Source of the DNA: Phycisphaerae bacterium | GTDB lineage: Bacteria > Planctomycetota > Phycisphaerae > UBA1845 > Fen-1342 | Assembly: GCA_050115495.1 (NCBI GenBank) | Contig: JASFQK010000009.1 | Location: 64,001 to 128,000 of the forward strand | Length of the DNA stretch: 64,000 nucleotides | Reading direction: 5' to 3' | In this document: positions 50,748 through 59,169 of the stretch, in pieces | Numbering within the stretch: the first letter of the stretch is position 1 | Layout: the number at the start of each line of letters is the position of its first letter | Position numbers and translations under genes: made by a program | Notes under the pieces: model-generated | Databases searched by the model: none | What the model was told of the DNA's origin: nothing | Seen by the model: only the letters and a program-made list of their open reading frames with translations

Positions 50748-52040
50748 ATGCACCGGCAGCAGATCATCATTATTGCTCTGGCAGCGGCGGTCACTCTGAC
50801 CAGCGGCGCTGCGGCTCAGACAACCTACTATGTTGATGGCACTTGTGGTGACGACACGTGGGCCGGAACGAATCCCAACTGCGTCGCACCGAATGGTCCG
50901 AAGGCGACCATCCAGGCCGCGATCAACGCCGCCGCCGCCGACGACCAGATCCTGGTCCATCCGGGGGTGTACGTCGAGCGCACCGACTTGCTGGACAAGA
51001 CCATCACACTGCGCAGCACACACGGGCCTGAGGTAACCATAATCAACGGCGGCGCCAGCGGCACCGTCATCACGTGCACCGGCGGCCAGGGCCCCGACAT
51101 GCTGATCCAGGGTTTCACCATCTGCGACGGTGGCGTGGGCTATGGCGCTGGGATGCGCAATCAAGGAAGCAGCCCCACGATCCGCGATTGCGTGTTCACG
51201 GGAAACAACGCCGACCAAGGCGCAGCGATGTACAACATGGACAACAGCGACCCGACGCTGATCAATTGCGCCTTCCACGATAACTGGACATACAGTGAAG
51301 GTGGCGCGATGTACAACACGAACAACAGCAACCCGACGCTGATCAACTGCGTCTTCAGCAGAAACTGGAGCTACTACGAGGGCTCCGGGATATACAACCA
51401 GAACAACAGCAGCCCAACACTGATCAACTGCGTCTTCAGCGAAAACGGAACCGACCGCGATGGTGGTGGGTTGTTCAACATATACAGCAGCAACCCAACA
51501 CTGATCAACTGCACCTTCACTGCGAACTCGGCCACCGACACAGGCGGTGGGATGTCCAGTGACATTACCAGCGCTCCGACGGTGTCCAACTGCATCTTCT
51601 GGGACAATACAGCCCCCGAAGGCCCGCAGATCTTCAACGAAGACGGTGGAGCGACCACCGCGACTTACAGTTGCATCGAGGGTGGCTGGCCTGGAATCGG
51701 CAATATCGACGCCGATCCGTGCCTGGACCGGATGCTCCACCCTGTGTTCAGGTCCCCCTGCATCGACGCCGGCAACAACGCTGCCGTCCCGCCTGACGTA
51801 GCCGACCTAGACGGCGACGGCGACACGGCCGAGTCCTGCCCGCTGGACCTCGACGGCCGGGTGCGCTTCTTCGACGATCCGGTCACACCGGACACGGGCG
51901 CCGGCGTCCCCCCCATCGTCGACATGGGTGCCTGCGAATACGGTCCGCAGCCGAAGCGCGCTGATCTCGACGGCGATGGCGATGTGGACATGGACGACTT
52001 CAACCTGTTCCAGCAGCAGTTCACCGGCCCACAGCCGTAG
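50748..52040 (+). CDS. Secreted right-handed beta-helix repeat protein with a C-terminal dockerin-like EF-hand
   Basis: YYVD, TIQAAINAA, PGVY.E; 27-aa repeats (NSNPTLINCVFS.N....GG); SPCIDAG, VDMGA.E; ADLDGDGDVDMDDF. Confidence 0.87.
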   Translation: MHRQQIIIIALAAAVTLTSGAAAQTTYYVDGTCGDDTWAGTNPNCVAPNGPKATIQAAINAAAADDQILVHPGVYVERTDLLDKTITLRSTHGPEVTIINGGASGTVITCTGGQGPDMLIQGFTICDGGVGYGAGMRNQGSSPTIRDCVFTGNNADQGAAMYNMDNSDPTLINCAFHDNWTYSEGGAMYNTNNSNPTLINCVFSRNWSYYEGSGIYNQNNSSPTLINCVFSENGTDRDGGGLFNIYSSNPTLINCTFTANSATDTGGGMSSDITSAPTVSNCIFWDNTAPEGPQIFNEDGGATTATYSCIEGGWPGIGNIDADPCLDRMLHPVFRSPCIDAGNNAAVPPDVADLDGDGDTAESCPLDLDGRVRFFDDPVTPDTGAGVPPIVDMGACEYGPQPKRADLDGDGDVDMDDFNLFQQQFTGPQP

Positions 52041-52211
52041 GTGGTCGATGCAGTTCGGCTACCGTGCTACGAGAGAGCTGTGCGGGCACGGCGTGTTCTC
52101 GTCGCTCATCTGCGAGAGATCGGGAAGGCGTGCGGAGGCAGCACGTCAAGGGACATCAGACATTAGCAGGACGCCTCGGCTCGGAGCCAGTCCCACTTTT
52201 TCGACCGGCGC

Positions 52212-53588
52212 TCAGGCTCCGACGATGCCCAGCGGGGCGTTGGTCTGCCAGCGGCCGCGGGTGAAGTCGGGGAAGTCCATCGGGCGGCTGCGGCCGGCGA
52301 CCGACCGTTCGGTCAGCTCCGTGACGGCACTCCAGGCCGCCGCATCGTAGACATCGGCATCGGTGGGCAGCCCGGCCCGCAGGCACTGGATCAGCCGGTA
52401 GTCTTCGAGGAAGTCCATGCCGCCGTGGCCGCCGCTGGCCTTCTTCACCTCCTCGGACTTCCAAAGCGGATGCTCGAACTCGGCATACTTGTCGAGCGTG
52501 TCCCAATCGTGGCCCTTGCTGCGACCCTCGATGTGCACGCGATCCGGCCATTTCTCGAAGATGCCCTTCGTCCCCTGGACGACGTGCAGGCGGCTGTACG
52601 GCCGCGGCAGGTTCGTGTCGTGCACGAGGTAGATCGTCTTGCCATTGGCCGTGCGGATCAGCGACAGGTTGAGGTCGCCGAGGGTGTACTTCTCATTTCG
52701 GCGGGGGTCGTCGGCTTCGAGGTGTTCCTGCTGCCAGAGCTGGAGCCCACGCGACGGGCCGCTCATCGACACGAGGTAGTCGAAGCGGTCGCCGCGGTTG
52801 ATGTTCATGCACTGGGCGACCGGCCCCAGTCCGTGCGTCGGATAGAGATTGCCGTTGTGCTGGATGGAGTGCTCGCGCCGCCACAGCCCCTCGCCCCGCT
52901 TGCTGAACTTGACGCCGCGTAGATCGTGCAGATAGCCGCCCTCGCCGTGCAGCACCTCGCCGAGCAGACCCTGGCGAACCATGTTCAGGCACATCATCTC
53001 CGCCCGGTCGTAACAGCAGTTCTCCATCATCACGCAATGCTTCTGCATCTTCTCGGCGGTCTCGACGAGCTGCCAGCACTCGTCGAGCGTCGTGGCCGCG
53101 GGGACCTCGGTGGCGGCGTGCTTGCCATTCTTCATCGCCGCCACGCAGACAGGTACGTGCCAGCGCCAGGGCGTCGCGGTGTAGACCAGGTCGAGATCCT
53201 CTTCGGCGCAGAGCCGCTCGAAGTCGCGCTCGCCGCGGGTGTAGGCCGTCGGGCGGGGCTGGCCGGCCTTTTCGACGAGGTCCTGCGCCCGGGCGGCGTG
53301 CGACTCGACGATATCGCAGACGGCCCGGATCTCGGCACCTTCGATCTTGAGCAGCATGTTGACGTGATTCGTGCCCATGCCGCCCACGCCGACGAAGCCG
53401 ATCCGCACGCGGTCCATCGGTGCCGCGGTCATCGGCCTTTCCGGTGCCGGGCCGGGTCGTCGGCCGCCGGCGGCGCAACCGGTCAGCGACCACCCGCCCA
53501 GGGCGGCGCCGGCCAGGGCCGACAGCTTGATGAACTCGCGACGGCTCTGACCCGGCGACGGCTGCTCTTCGCGGCGACGATCTGACAT
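52212..53588 (-). CDS. Tat-exported Gfo/Idh/MocA-fold glycoside hydrolase family 109 (alpha-N-acetylgalactosaminidase-like)
   Basis: SRREFIK Tat signal; GFVGVGGMG, ATPWRWH, ATEVP, MMENCCY, YLHDLR, NLYPTHGLGP, GGHGGMD. Confidence 0.9.
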   Translation of the reverse strand: MSDRRREEQPSPGQSRREFIKLSALAGAALGGWSLTGCAAGGRRPGPAPERPMTAAPMDRVRIGFVGVGGMGTNHVNMLLKIEGAEIRAVCDIVESHAARAQDLVEKAGQPRPTAYTRGERDFERLCAEEDLDLVYTATPWRWHVPVCVAAMKNGKHAATEVPAATTLDECWQLVETAEKMQKHCVMMENCCYDRAEMMCLNMVRQGLLGEVLHGEGGYLHDLRGVKFSKRGEGLWRREHSIQHNGNLYPTHGLGPVAQCMNINRGDRFDYLVSMSGPSRGLQLWQQEHLEADDPRRNEKYTLGDLNLSLIRTANGKTIYLVHDTNLPRPYSRLHVVQGTKGIFEKWPDRVHIEGRSKGHDWDTLDKYAEFEHPLWKSEEVKKASGGHGGMDFLEDYRLIQCLRAGLPTDADVYDAAAWSAVTELTERSVAGRSRPMDFPDFTRGRWQTNAPLGIVGA

Positions 53589-53715
53589 GGCGGCGTCCTC
53601 ATGTTGAACTTGCGATGGTGGCGGCCCACGCGCCGGCCGCTGACCGTATGATAACGGCGGGTCGGCGAAGTCGTTAGGCCGACCACTCCGGATCCGTCGA
53701 ACACCGACAGGAGAG

Positions 53716-54624
53716 GTGATGCCGCCGACGCTCGTGATACTCGCCGCCGGTCTGGGCAGCCGTTTCGGCGGCCTGAAGCAACTCGAAGCCGTCGGGCCGG
53801 GCGGGGCGGCGATCATGGACTATACGGTGTACGACGCGTGGCGAGCGGGCTTCGGCCGCGTCGTGTTCGTCATCCGCGAGGAAATGCGGGCCGCGTTCGG
53901 CGAGATGATCGGGCGGCGGTTTGGCGGCCGGCTGCCGGCGGAGTGCGTCGTGCAGCGCATGGACGACCCCGATTTCGGGGCGACGCCGGCGGGACGCACG
54001 CGGCCGTGGGGGACCGGTCACGCCGTTCTGTCCGCGGCACAGGTCGTGCACGAACCGCTGGCTGTGGTGAACGCGGATGATTTCTACGGAGCGCGGGGCA
54101 TCGCCGCCGTGGCGGAGTTCCTCGGGCAGACGCCACCGGCCGGCCCGCCGGTGCACGCGATGGTCGGGTACCGGCTGCGCGACACGTTGGCCGAATCGGG
54201 TGCGGTGGCACGAGCCCTGTGCGAGTGCACGCCCGACGGCTGGCTCGAACGCATCGTCGAGACCCGCGGGATCGAGCGGCTCGGCGACGACGCCTGCCGC
54301 CAGGACGAGCACGGCCAGCGGCAGATCATCTCCGGCGATCGGCTCGTGTCGATGAACCTGTGGGCGTTTCAGCCGGCGATCTTCGACGAGCTGCGGGCCG
54401 GTTTCGCGGCGTTTCGGCAGGCGAGCGGCGATTCGCTCGACGCCGAGTTCCACTTGCCGGCGGGCGTGCAGTCGGCGATGGCCGCCGGGCGGGCTCGCGT
54501 GCGGGTGTTGCCGGGTGGCGGCGGCTGGTGCGGAATGACGCATCGTGGCGACCACGCGCACGTCGCGCGGACGATCGCCGACATGATCGCCAGGGGCGAC
54601 TATCCGGCGGAGTTGTGGACATGA
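53716..54624 (+). CDS. Sugar-1-phosphate nucleotidyltransferase
   Basis: LVILAAGLGSRFGGLKQ, RTRPWGTGHA, NADDFYG, SMNLW. Confidence 0.9.
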   Translation: MMPPTLVILAAGLGSRFGGLKQLEAVGPGGAAIMDYTVYDAWRAGFGRVVFVIREEMRAAFGEMIGRRFGGRLPAECVVQRMDDPDFGATPAGRTRPWGTGHAVLSAAQVVHEPLAVVNADDFYGARGIAAVAEFLGQTPPAGPPVHAMVGYRLRDTLAESGAVARALCECTPDGWLERIVETRGIERLGDDACRQDEHGQRQIISGDRLVSMNLWAFQPAIFDELRAGFAAFRQASGDSLDAEFHLPAGVQSAMAAGRARVRVLPGGGGWCGMTHRGDHAHVARTIADMIARGDYPAELWT

Positions 54625-55847
54625 GGGTGCCGGCGGAGGTGCTCGAGGTCGCCGGGCGGTTCGCCGTGGCGGGGCGGCCGGTCGCTTGTGTGCCCTGGGG
54701 CGGCGGGCATATCAACGACACGTACGCCGTGACGTGCAACGAGGACGGCCGCGAGACCCGCTACCTGCTCCAGCGCATCAACACGGCCGTCTTCCGCAAT
54801 CCCCTGCAAGTCACGGAGAACATCGCCCGCGTCACCGAGCATATCGCGGGGCGGCTGCGGGCGGCCGGCGTCTACGACATCGAACGCCGAGTGCTCCAGC
54901 TTGTGCTGACAGCGGAGCCGAACGCCGACCGACGCGAGGCTGCCACGCGCGCCGCTGATCCGCCAGAAGACGCCAGCGGACGCGAGCCGACGCCAGCCGA
55001 CGCGACTGGCCGCCAGTCGCACAGCGTGGACGCCACCGGCCGGCAGCCGGCGTACATCGACGCCGCCGGCCGGTATTGGCGAATGTATCGTTTCATCGAG
55101 CGAACGCGGATCTCGGCGGCGGTGACGTCGCCCGCGGAGGCCTTCGCCGCCGGCGAGGCGTACGGCACGTTTCAGCGGCTGCTGATCGACCTGCCCGGCC
55201 CGCGGCTGCACGAGACGATTCCCGGATTTCACGATACGCCGGCGCGGTATGCGGCCCTCGATGCGGCGATTGCGGCGGACGCCTGCGGGCGGGTGGCGGA
55301 GGCTCAGCCGGAGATCGACTTCGCCCAGCGCCGCCGCGACCTGGCCGGCGCGCTGCTCGACCTGCATAATCGCGGCCTGCTGCCCGAACGCGTCGTGCAC
55401 AACGACGCCAAGATGGACAACGTGTTGCTCGATGCGACGACAGGCACGGGGCAATGCGTCGTGGACCTCGACACGGTCATGCCCGGCCTCGCTCCGTTCG
55501 ACTTCGGCGACATGGTCCGCACCATGACCACCTTCGCCGCCGAGGATGAGCAGGACTTGCGGCGTGTGGTCGTGCAAATGCCCCTCTTCACGGCGTTAGC
55601 CCGCGGCTACCTGGAGTCGGCCGGCCCGTTCCTGCTCCCCGCCGAACGCGACCACCTCGTCACCGCCGGCAAGCTGATCACGCTGGAGCAAGGCGTGCGT
55701 TTCCTGACCGACTACCTCCGCGGCGACACGTACTACAAAACGACCCGCCCCGGCCAGAACCTCGACCGCACGCGTGCCCAGTTCGCGCTGGTGGGGTCGA
55801 TTGAGACGGTTGAGCAGAAGATGAACGCGGTGGTGGCGAGGACGTAA
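54621..55847 (+). CDS. N-acetylhexosamine 1-kinase-like phosphotransferase (APH fold)
   Basis: GGGHINDT, LQRINT.VF, ETIPGFHDT, HNDAKMDN, DLDTVMPG, DFGD, RFLTDYL.GD.YYK; ATGA-coupled to the nucleotidyltransferase. Confidence 0.87.
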   Translation: MRVPAEVLEVAGRFAVAGRPVACVPWGGGHINDTYAVTCNEDGRETRYLLQRINTAVFRNPLQVTENIARVTEHIAGRLRAAGVYDIERRVLQLVLTAEPNADRREAATRAADPPEDASGREPTPADATGRQSHSVDATGRQPAYIDAAGRYWRMYRFIERTRISAAVTSPAEAFAAGEAYGTFQRLLIDLPGPRLHETIPGFHDTPARYAALDAAIAADACGRVAEAQPEIDFAQRRRDLAGALLDLHNRGLLPERVVHNDAKMDNVLLDATTGTGQCVVDLDTVMPGLAPFDFGDMVRTMTTFAAEDEQDLRRVVVQMPLFTALARGYLESAGPFLLPAERDHLVTAGKLITLEQGVRFLTDYLRGDTYYKTTRPGQNLDRTRAQFALVGSIETVEQKMNAVVART

Positions 55848-56031
55848 CAACGAACCGTCCCTCTTCAGCCCCGCAGGGGCAATCGTTAGTAGCCCAGTAC
55901 GTGAGTGCTGGGTTTGCGTGACGTTCCCCTCCCCCAGGCAGGGCGGCAGAGGCGTTTGCCTGACGCACGCGAGTGCTCACCCATCCCGACGAAAAAAACG
56001 CTGAGTGCGGAAAACAGCACAGGTCACGCCA

Positions 56032-56448
56032 CTACACGCTCGTGAAGTACCAGACGATCGCGCTCGATGCGACGCCTGTCGCGAGTCCGATCACGACACC
56101 CTCGGCCAAACCACGGATCCGGCCCTTTGAACTGGCGCTCTTGAGAATCCTCGCGATCGATTCCGTGGATACTGCAAGCAACTTCTCTGCCGACTCCTTG
56201 TCTTCGTGAAGACGAACCAGAGTCCCTCGCAGTTCCTCGACCTCCGTTTTTCGCACATTGGCTTCCCTTTGGAGCGATGTCACAGCATCTGCCGCGGCCT
56301 CAAGATCGCGCCTCACCGCAGCCAAGCGAGCGATCCGCTCATCCACGCTCTTTGAGTCCGTGAATTGATCGAGCGGTATTTCGTACGTGAAGAGTGGCAA
56401 GCTAACGCGGACACGTCCTTTGCCAAGCAACTCCGACAGCTTCGACAT
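56032..56448 (-). CDS. Hypothetical coiled-coil protein with a C-terminal TM anchor
   Basis: Heptad-rich middle region, hydrophobic C-terminus, GGAG before ATG; lower-GC codon usage. Confidence 0.6.
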   Translation of the reverse strand: MSKLSELLGKGRVRVSLPLFTYEIPLDQFTDSKSVDERIARLAAVRRDLEAAADAVTSLQREANVRKTEVEELRGTLVRLHEDKESAEKLLAVSTESIARILKSASSKGRIRGLAEGVVIGLATGVASSAIVWYFTSV

Positions 56449-56534
56449 TGCATCATTCTCCGCCGGACGGTGACCATACAGCTCTGTCGTAACCAGCCGC
56501 CAGGGGGCCGCCGCGCGGCCCACGCCCCTTCAGG

Positions 56535-57143
56535 CTACTTCGGGTAGTGCTCCACAATGACCAGATGATAGAGTGACTTGATGTTGCCATAGTACAGGTG
56601 CCAAGCAGATGGCTCAGCGCCCAGGAACGCGAGCGACGCCGCCAGTGGCAGCGCACACCGTAGAGCCCACACCGCCGCGCCGATTGGAGTAGCCTGAATC
56701 ACGCCGGATATGGCCAGGGCCCACACCACTGCAATTGCCGCCGCCGCAAGCCAGAGTCCGATCCGCGCCGCCCCCAGCATGCGTGCCTCAGCACGCAGCT
56801 TGGCAAGGCGAAAGCCGCTGGCAGCATGTTGTAGGCGCACATGCTGGTACATTGTGGACAGCGACGGTGCGTCCGATGGCTCGTGCCGACGCTGGATGCG
56901 ACCTTCGATATCTGGCCATCGGCAGGCACCGAGTAACCAGCCGCAGAAGTAGCACACTGCCAGGTAGCCGAACCCACCGAACAGAACCGCCATCGAGCTG
57001 TCCGACTGCACACTCCAGGCCTTGTTGATGGCGAACTCGGTCCCACGAAGCCCGAGATCGAGCACGAAGAGCAGCAGAAAGCCGGGGAGCACTCGAGCGA
57101 TGATATCGTAGAAGAGCTGCGGAATCGTGACTGCCAGGTTCAT
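56535..57143 (-). CDS. Hypothetical 4-TM membrane protein
   Basis: FYDIIARVLPG followed by hydrophobic helices; GAGGA before ATG; lower-GC codon usage. Confidence 0.65.
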   Translation of the reverse strand: MNLAVTIPQLFYDIIARVLPGFLLLFVLDLGLRGTEFAINKAWSVQSDSSMAVLFGGFGYLAVCYFCGWLLGACRWPDIEGRIQRRHEPSDAPSLSTMYQHVRLQHAASGFRLAKLRAEARMLGAARIGLWLAAAAIAVVWALAISGVIQATPIGAAVWALRCALPLAASLAFLGAEPSAWHLYYGNIKSLYHLVIVEHYPK

Positions 57144-57378
57144 CGGCTACGTCCTCGTGCCGCGTGCGGGCCCCGCTCCGACATGCCCCCTGGGCCCCGA
57201 AACCGCATGCATTATATCGAATTCTCCGGAATCACCAGAGGGTGATCGCCGAAACCGCACATCCGGAAACGACCGGGTTCATGGCCACAGCGCCAACAGA
57301 CGCACCCGGCCCCGCAGGGGCGACCGTCAATCGCCCAGCACGTGAGCGCCGGATTCGCGTGACACCCCCTCCATCTCC

Positions 57379-57580
57379 AGTCCCGGCGGGACGGTTGGTT
57401 GTAGCCCAGTACGAAGTGCTGGGAATCGCGAACGTCGCCCTCCCCCCAGTCCCGTCGGGACGACTGAGGGCTGCGTTGCGCGGCGTAGCGTTCAGCCGTC
57501 CCTACGGGACTAGATAGGCAAGACTGCCCAGGAAACCCAGCACTTCGTGCTGGGCTACGATCATTCGTCCCTACGGGACT
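57379..57580. repeat. 202-bp nested foldback (MITE/REP-like) element, copy 1
   Basis: ~45-bp imperfect terminal inverted repeats plus an inner inverted pair (57448-57467 / 57492-57511). Confidence 0.8.
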
Positions 57581-57709
57581 GCGGACTCGCGTCCGCGGCG
57601 TGTGCGCCGATACGCCGACGCCCTCGGCAATCACGGCTGGAGACACCGCCTGCCGACGATGACGGCCACCCATGCCACCACCCGACGATCGACGCCGGCC
57701 GCACCTCGT

Positions 57710-58615
57710 TTACCGCATAACCACGCTCTCCGTCAGGCTTGGCGGTGGGCCGGGGTGGTAGACCAGCTCGACCTCGTACACCTGTTTCGGCGTGCAGTGG
57801 AGGTGTTCGCTGCAGACTTCGTGCATGCGGTCTTCGGGCGTGCGGATGGAGAGCCACACGTCCGCCGGGACCTCGGGGAAGCGGAAGCGGCCGAACTCGT
57901 CCGTCTTCATCGCGGCCAAGGCGCTCGAAGATGGTGGCAGCTCGTCGGCGTCCAGCACGACGTAATGATCGACGATCGGCTGGCCCGCCTCATCGACGAG
58001 GCGGCCCCAGACCATCGCCGCCGGCACCATGACGAAATCGAGGCGTCGCGGCGGCTGGTCGGGGTAAACGATGTCCTCCGGGCGGTCCCAATGGCGGAGC
58101 TCGGTCTCGTCCGGCGGGCGATTGGCCATGCGCAAGTCCCCCTGCCGATAGAGGTTGCGCTCGATCAGGCCCTCCTTGTGGGCCGAGATCGTGGCTGCTT
58201 GGAAGCCGCTGTTTTCGTTGAGCATGTACATCCCCGGGCCAAACCACATGACGTAATCGCCGGCCTCATCGCTCAACGCCCGCCCCGTGCCCTGCAACGT
58301 CGCCCAGCCGCAGTGAGCGATGATCTCGACGCCGGCGACCGGCTGCCCCGCTTCGTCGGATACGTGGCCGACAACGCACCAGCGGAGCAGATCCGTCCGC
58401 TCGGTCGTGGGGGGCCATTCGAGCGGCGGGGGCGGCGGAGGTGGCTCTGTCGGCTGTGCAGCCGAGGCCGGTGCCGCCGATGCGCTGACGGGCGGGTCGG
58501 CGACGGTTTGAGGTTCGGGTTTCGGCGCGTCGGCTCCCGGGCGGGGTTCGCCGCCGCGGCAACCTACGAGCACGAGGATAAGAAGACAGCTACAGAGCGG
58601 GTACCTGCTGCGCAT
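57710..58615 (-). CDS. Lipoprotein with two carboxypeptidase-regulatory-like (transthyretin-fold) domains
   Basis: Lipobox LVGC, Pro-rich linker, G.V.DEAGQP motif twice, TDEFGRFRF..VP. Confidence 0.75.
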   Translation of the reverse strand: MRSRYPLCSCLLILVLVGCRGGEPRPGADAPKPEPQTVADPPVSASAAPASAAQPTEPPPPPPPLEWPPTTERTDLLRWCVVGHVSDEAGQPVAGVEIIAHCGWATLQGTGRALSDEAGDYVMWFGPGMYMLNENSGFQAATISAHKEGLIERNLYRQGDLRMANRPPDETELRHWDRPEDIVYPDQPPRRLDFVMVPAAMVWGRLVDEAGQPIVDHYVVLDADELPPSSSALAAMKTDEFGRFRFPEVPADVWLSIRTPEDRMHEVCSEHLHCTPKQVYEVELVYHPGPPPSLTESVVMR

Positions 58616-58823
58616 GACAAGCCTCCTGGAGAAAGGACACCACCCCGTTTTGACGCCGCCGGCGCCGGCCCGGTTCCCGGGGCGGGAGAAGATTTGCGGG
58701 AGGCGGGTGAAGCGTGATCCACGATTCCCAACGTGCGAGGCTCTGACACGCACGGCATCGGCGGGTGGAACCCGCCCCCTACGGCCCTCCGGTGAGCCGA
58801 GGGTGCTTCGCCATGCAAAGCCT

Positions 58824-59026
58824 AGTCCCGTAGGGACGACTGATTGTAGCCCAGCAGGAACTGCTGGGATCCCGTGTGGGCCCCCCCCTGCTCTTAGTCC
58901 TGGAAGGACGACTGAACCTGCCGCCGCGAGCGAAGCCTTCAGTCGTCCCTACGGGACTCACGGATCCACAAGGCCGCCATTCCCAGCACTGCGTGCTGGG
59001 CTACATTCATTCGTCCCTACGGGACT
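58824..59026. repeat. 203-bp nested foldback element, copy 2, bracketed by two GTAG-REP units
   Basis: agtcccgtagggacgactgattgtagcccagcag...tgctgggctacattcattcgtccctacgggact; REP units at 58759-58782 and 59142-59163. Confidence 0.8.
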
Positions 59027-59169
59027 GCGGAGCGCGAGGCGTGACTCAGGTCTCGGCGCCGCGTCGTGCGTCGTCCTCATCCACCCAGTCCGCCTGCGAC
59101 ACGCTTTCGGCGAACCGGAGGACCTTTGACGTGCGAGGCAGCGGCGGGTGGAACCCGCCCTACCGCTCG

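Noticed and set aside
56449..56534. Integron attC site between the two orphan genes
   Set aside because: There is no convincing RYYYAAC...GTTRRRY pair.
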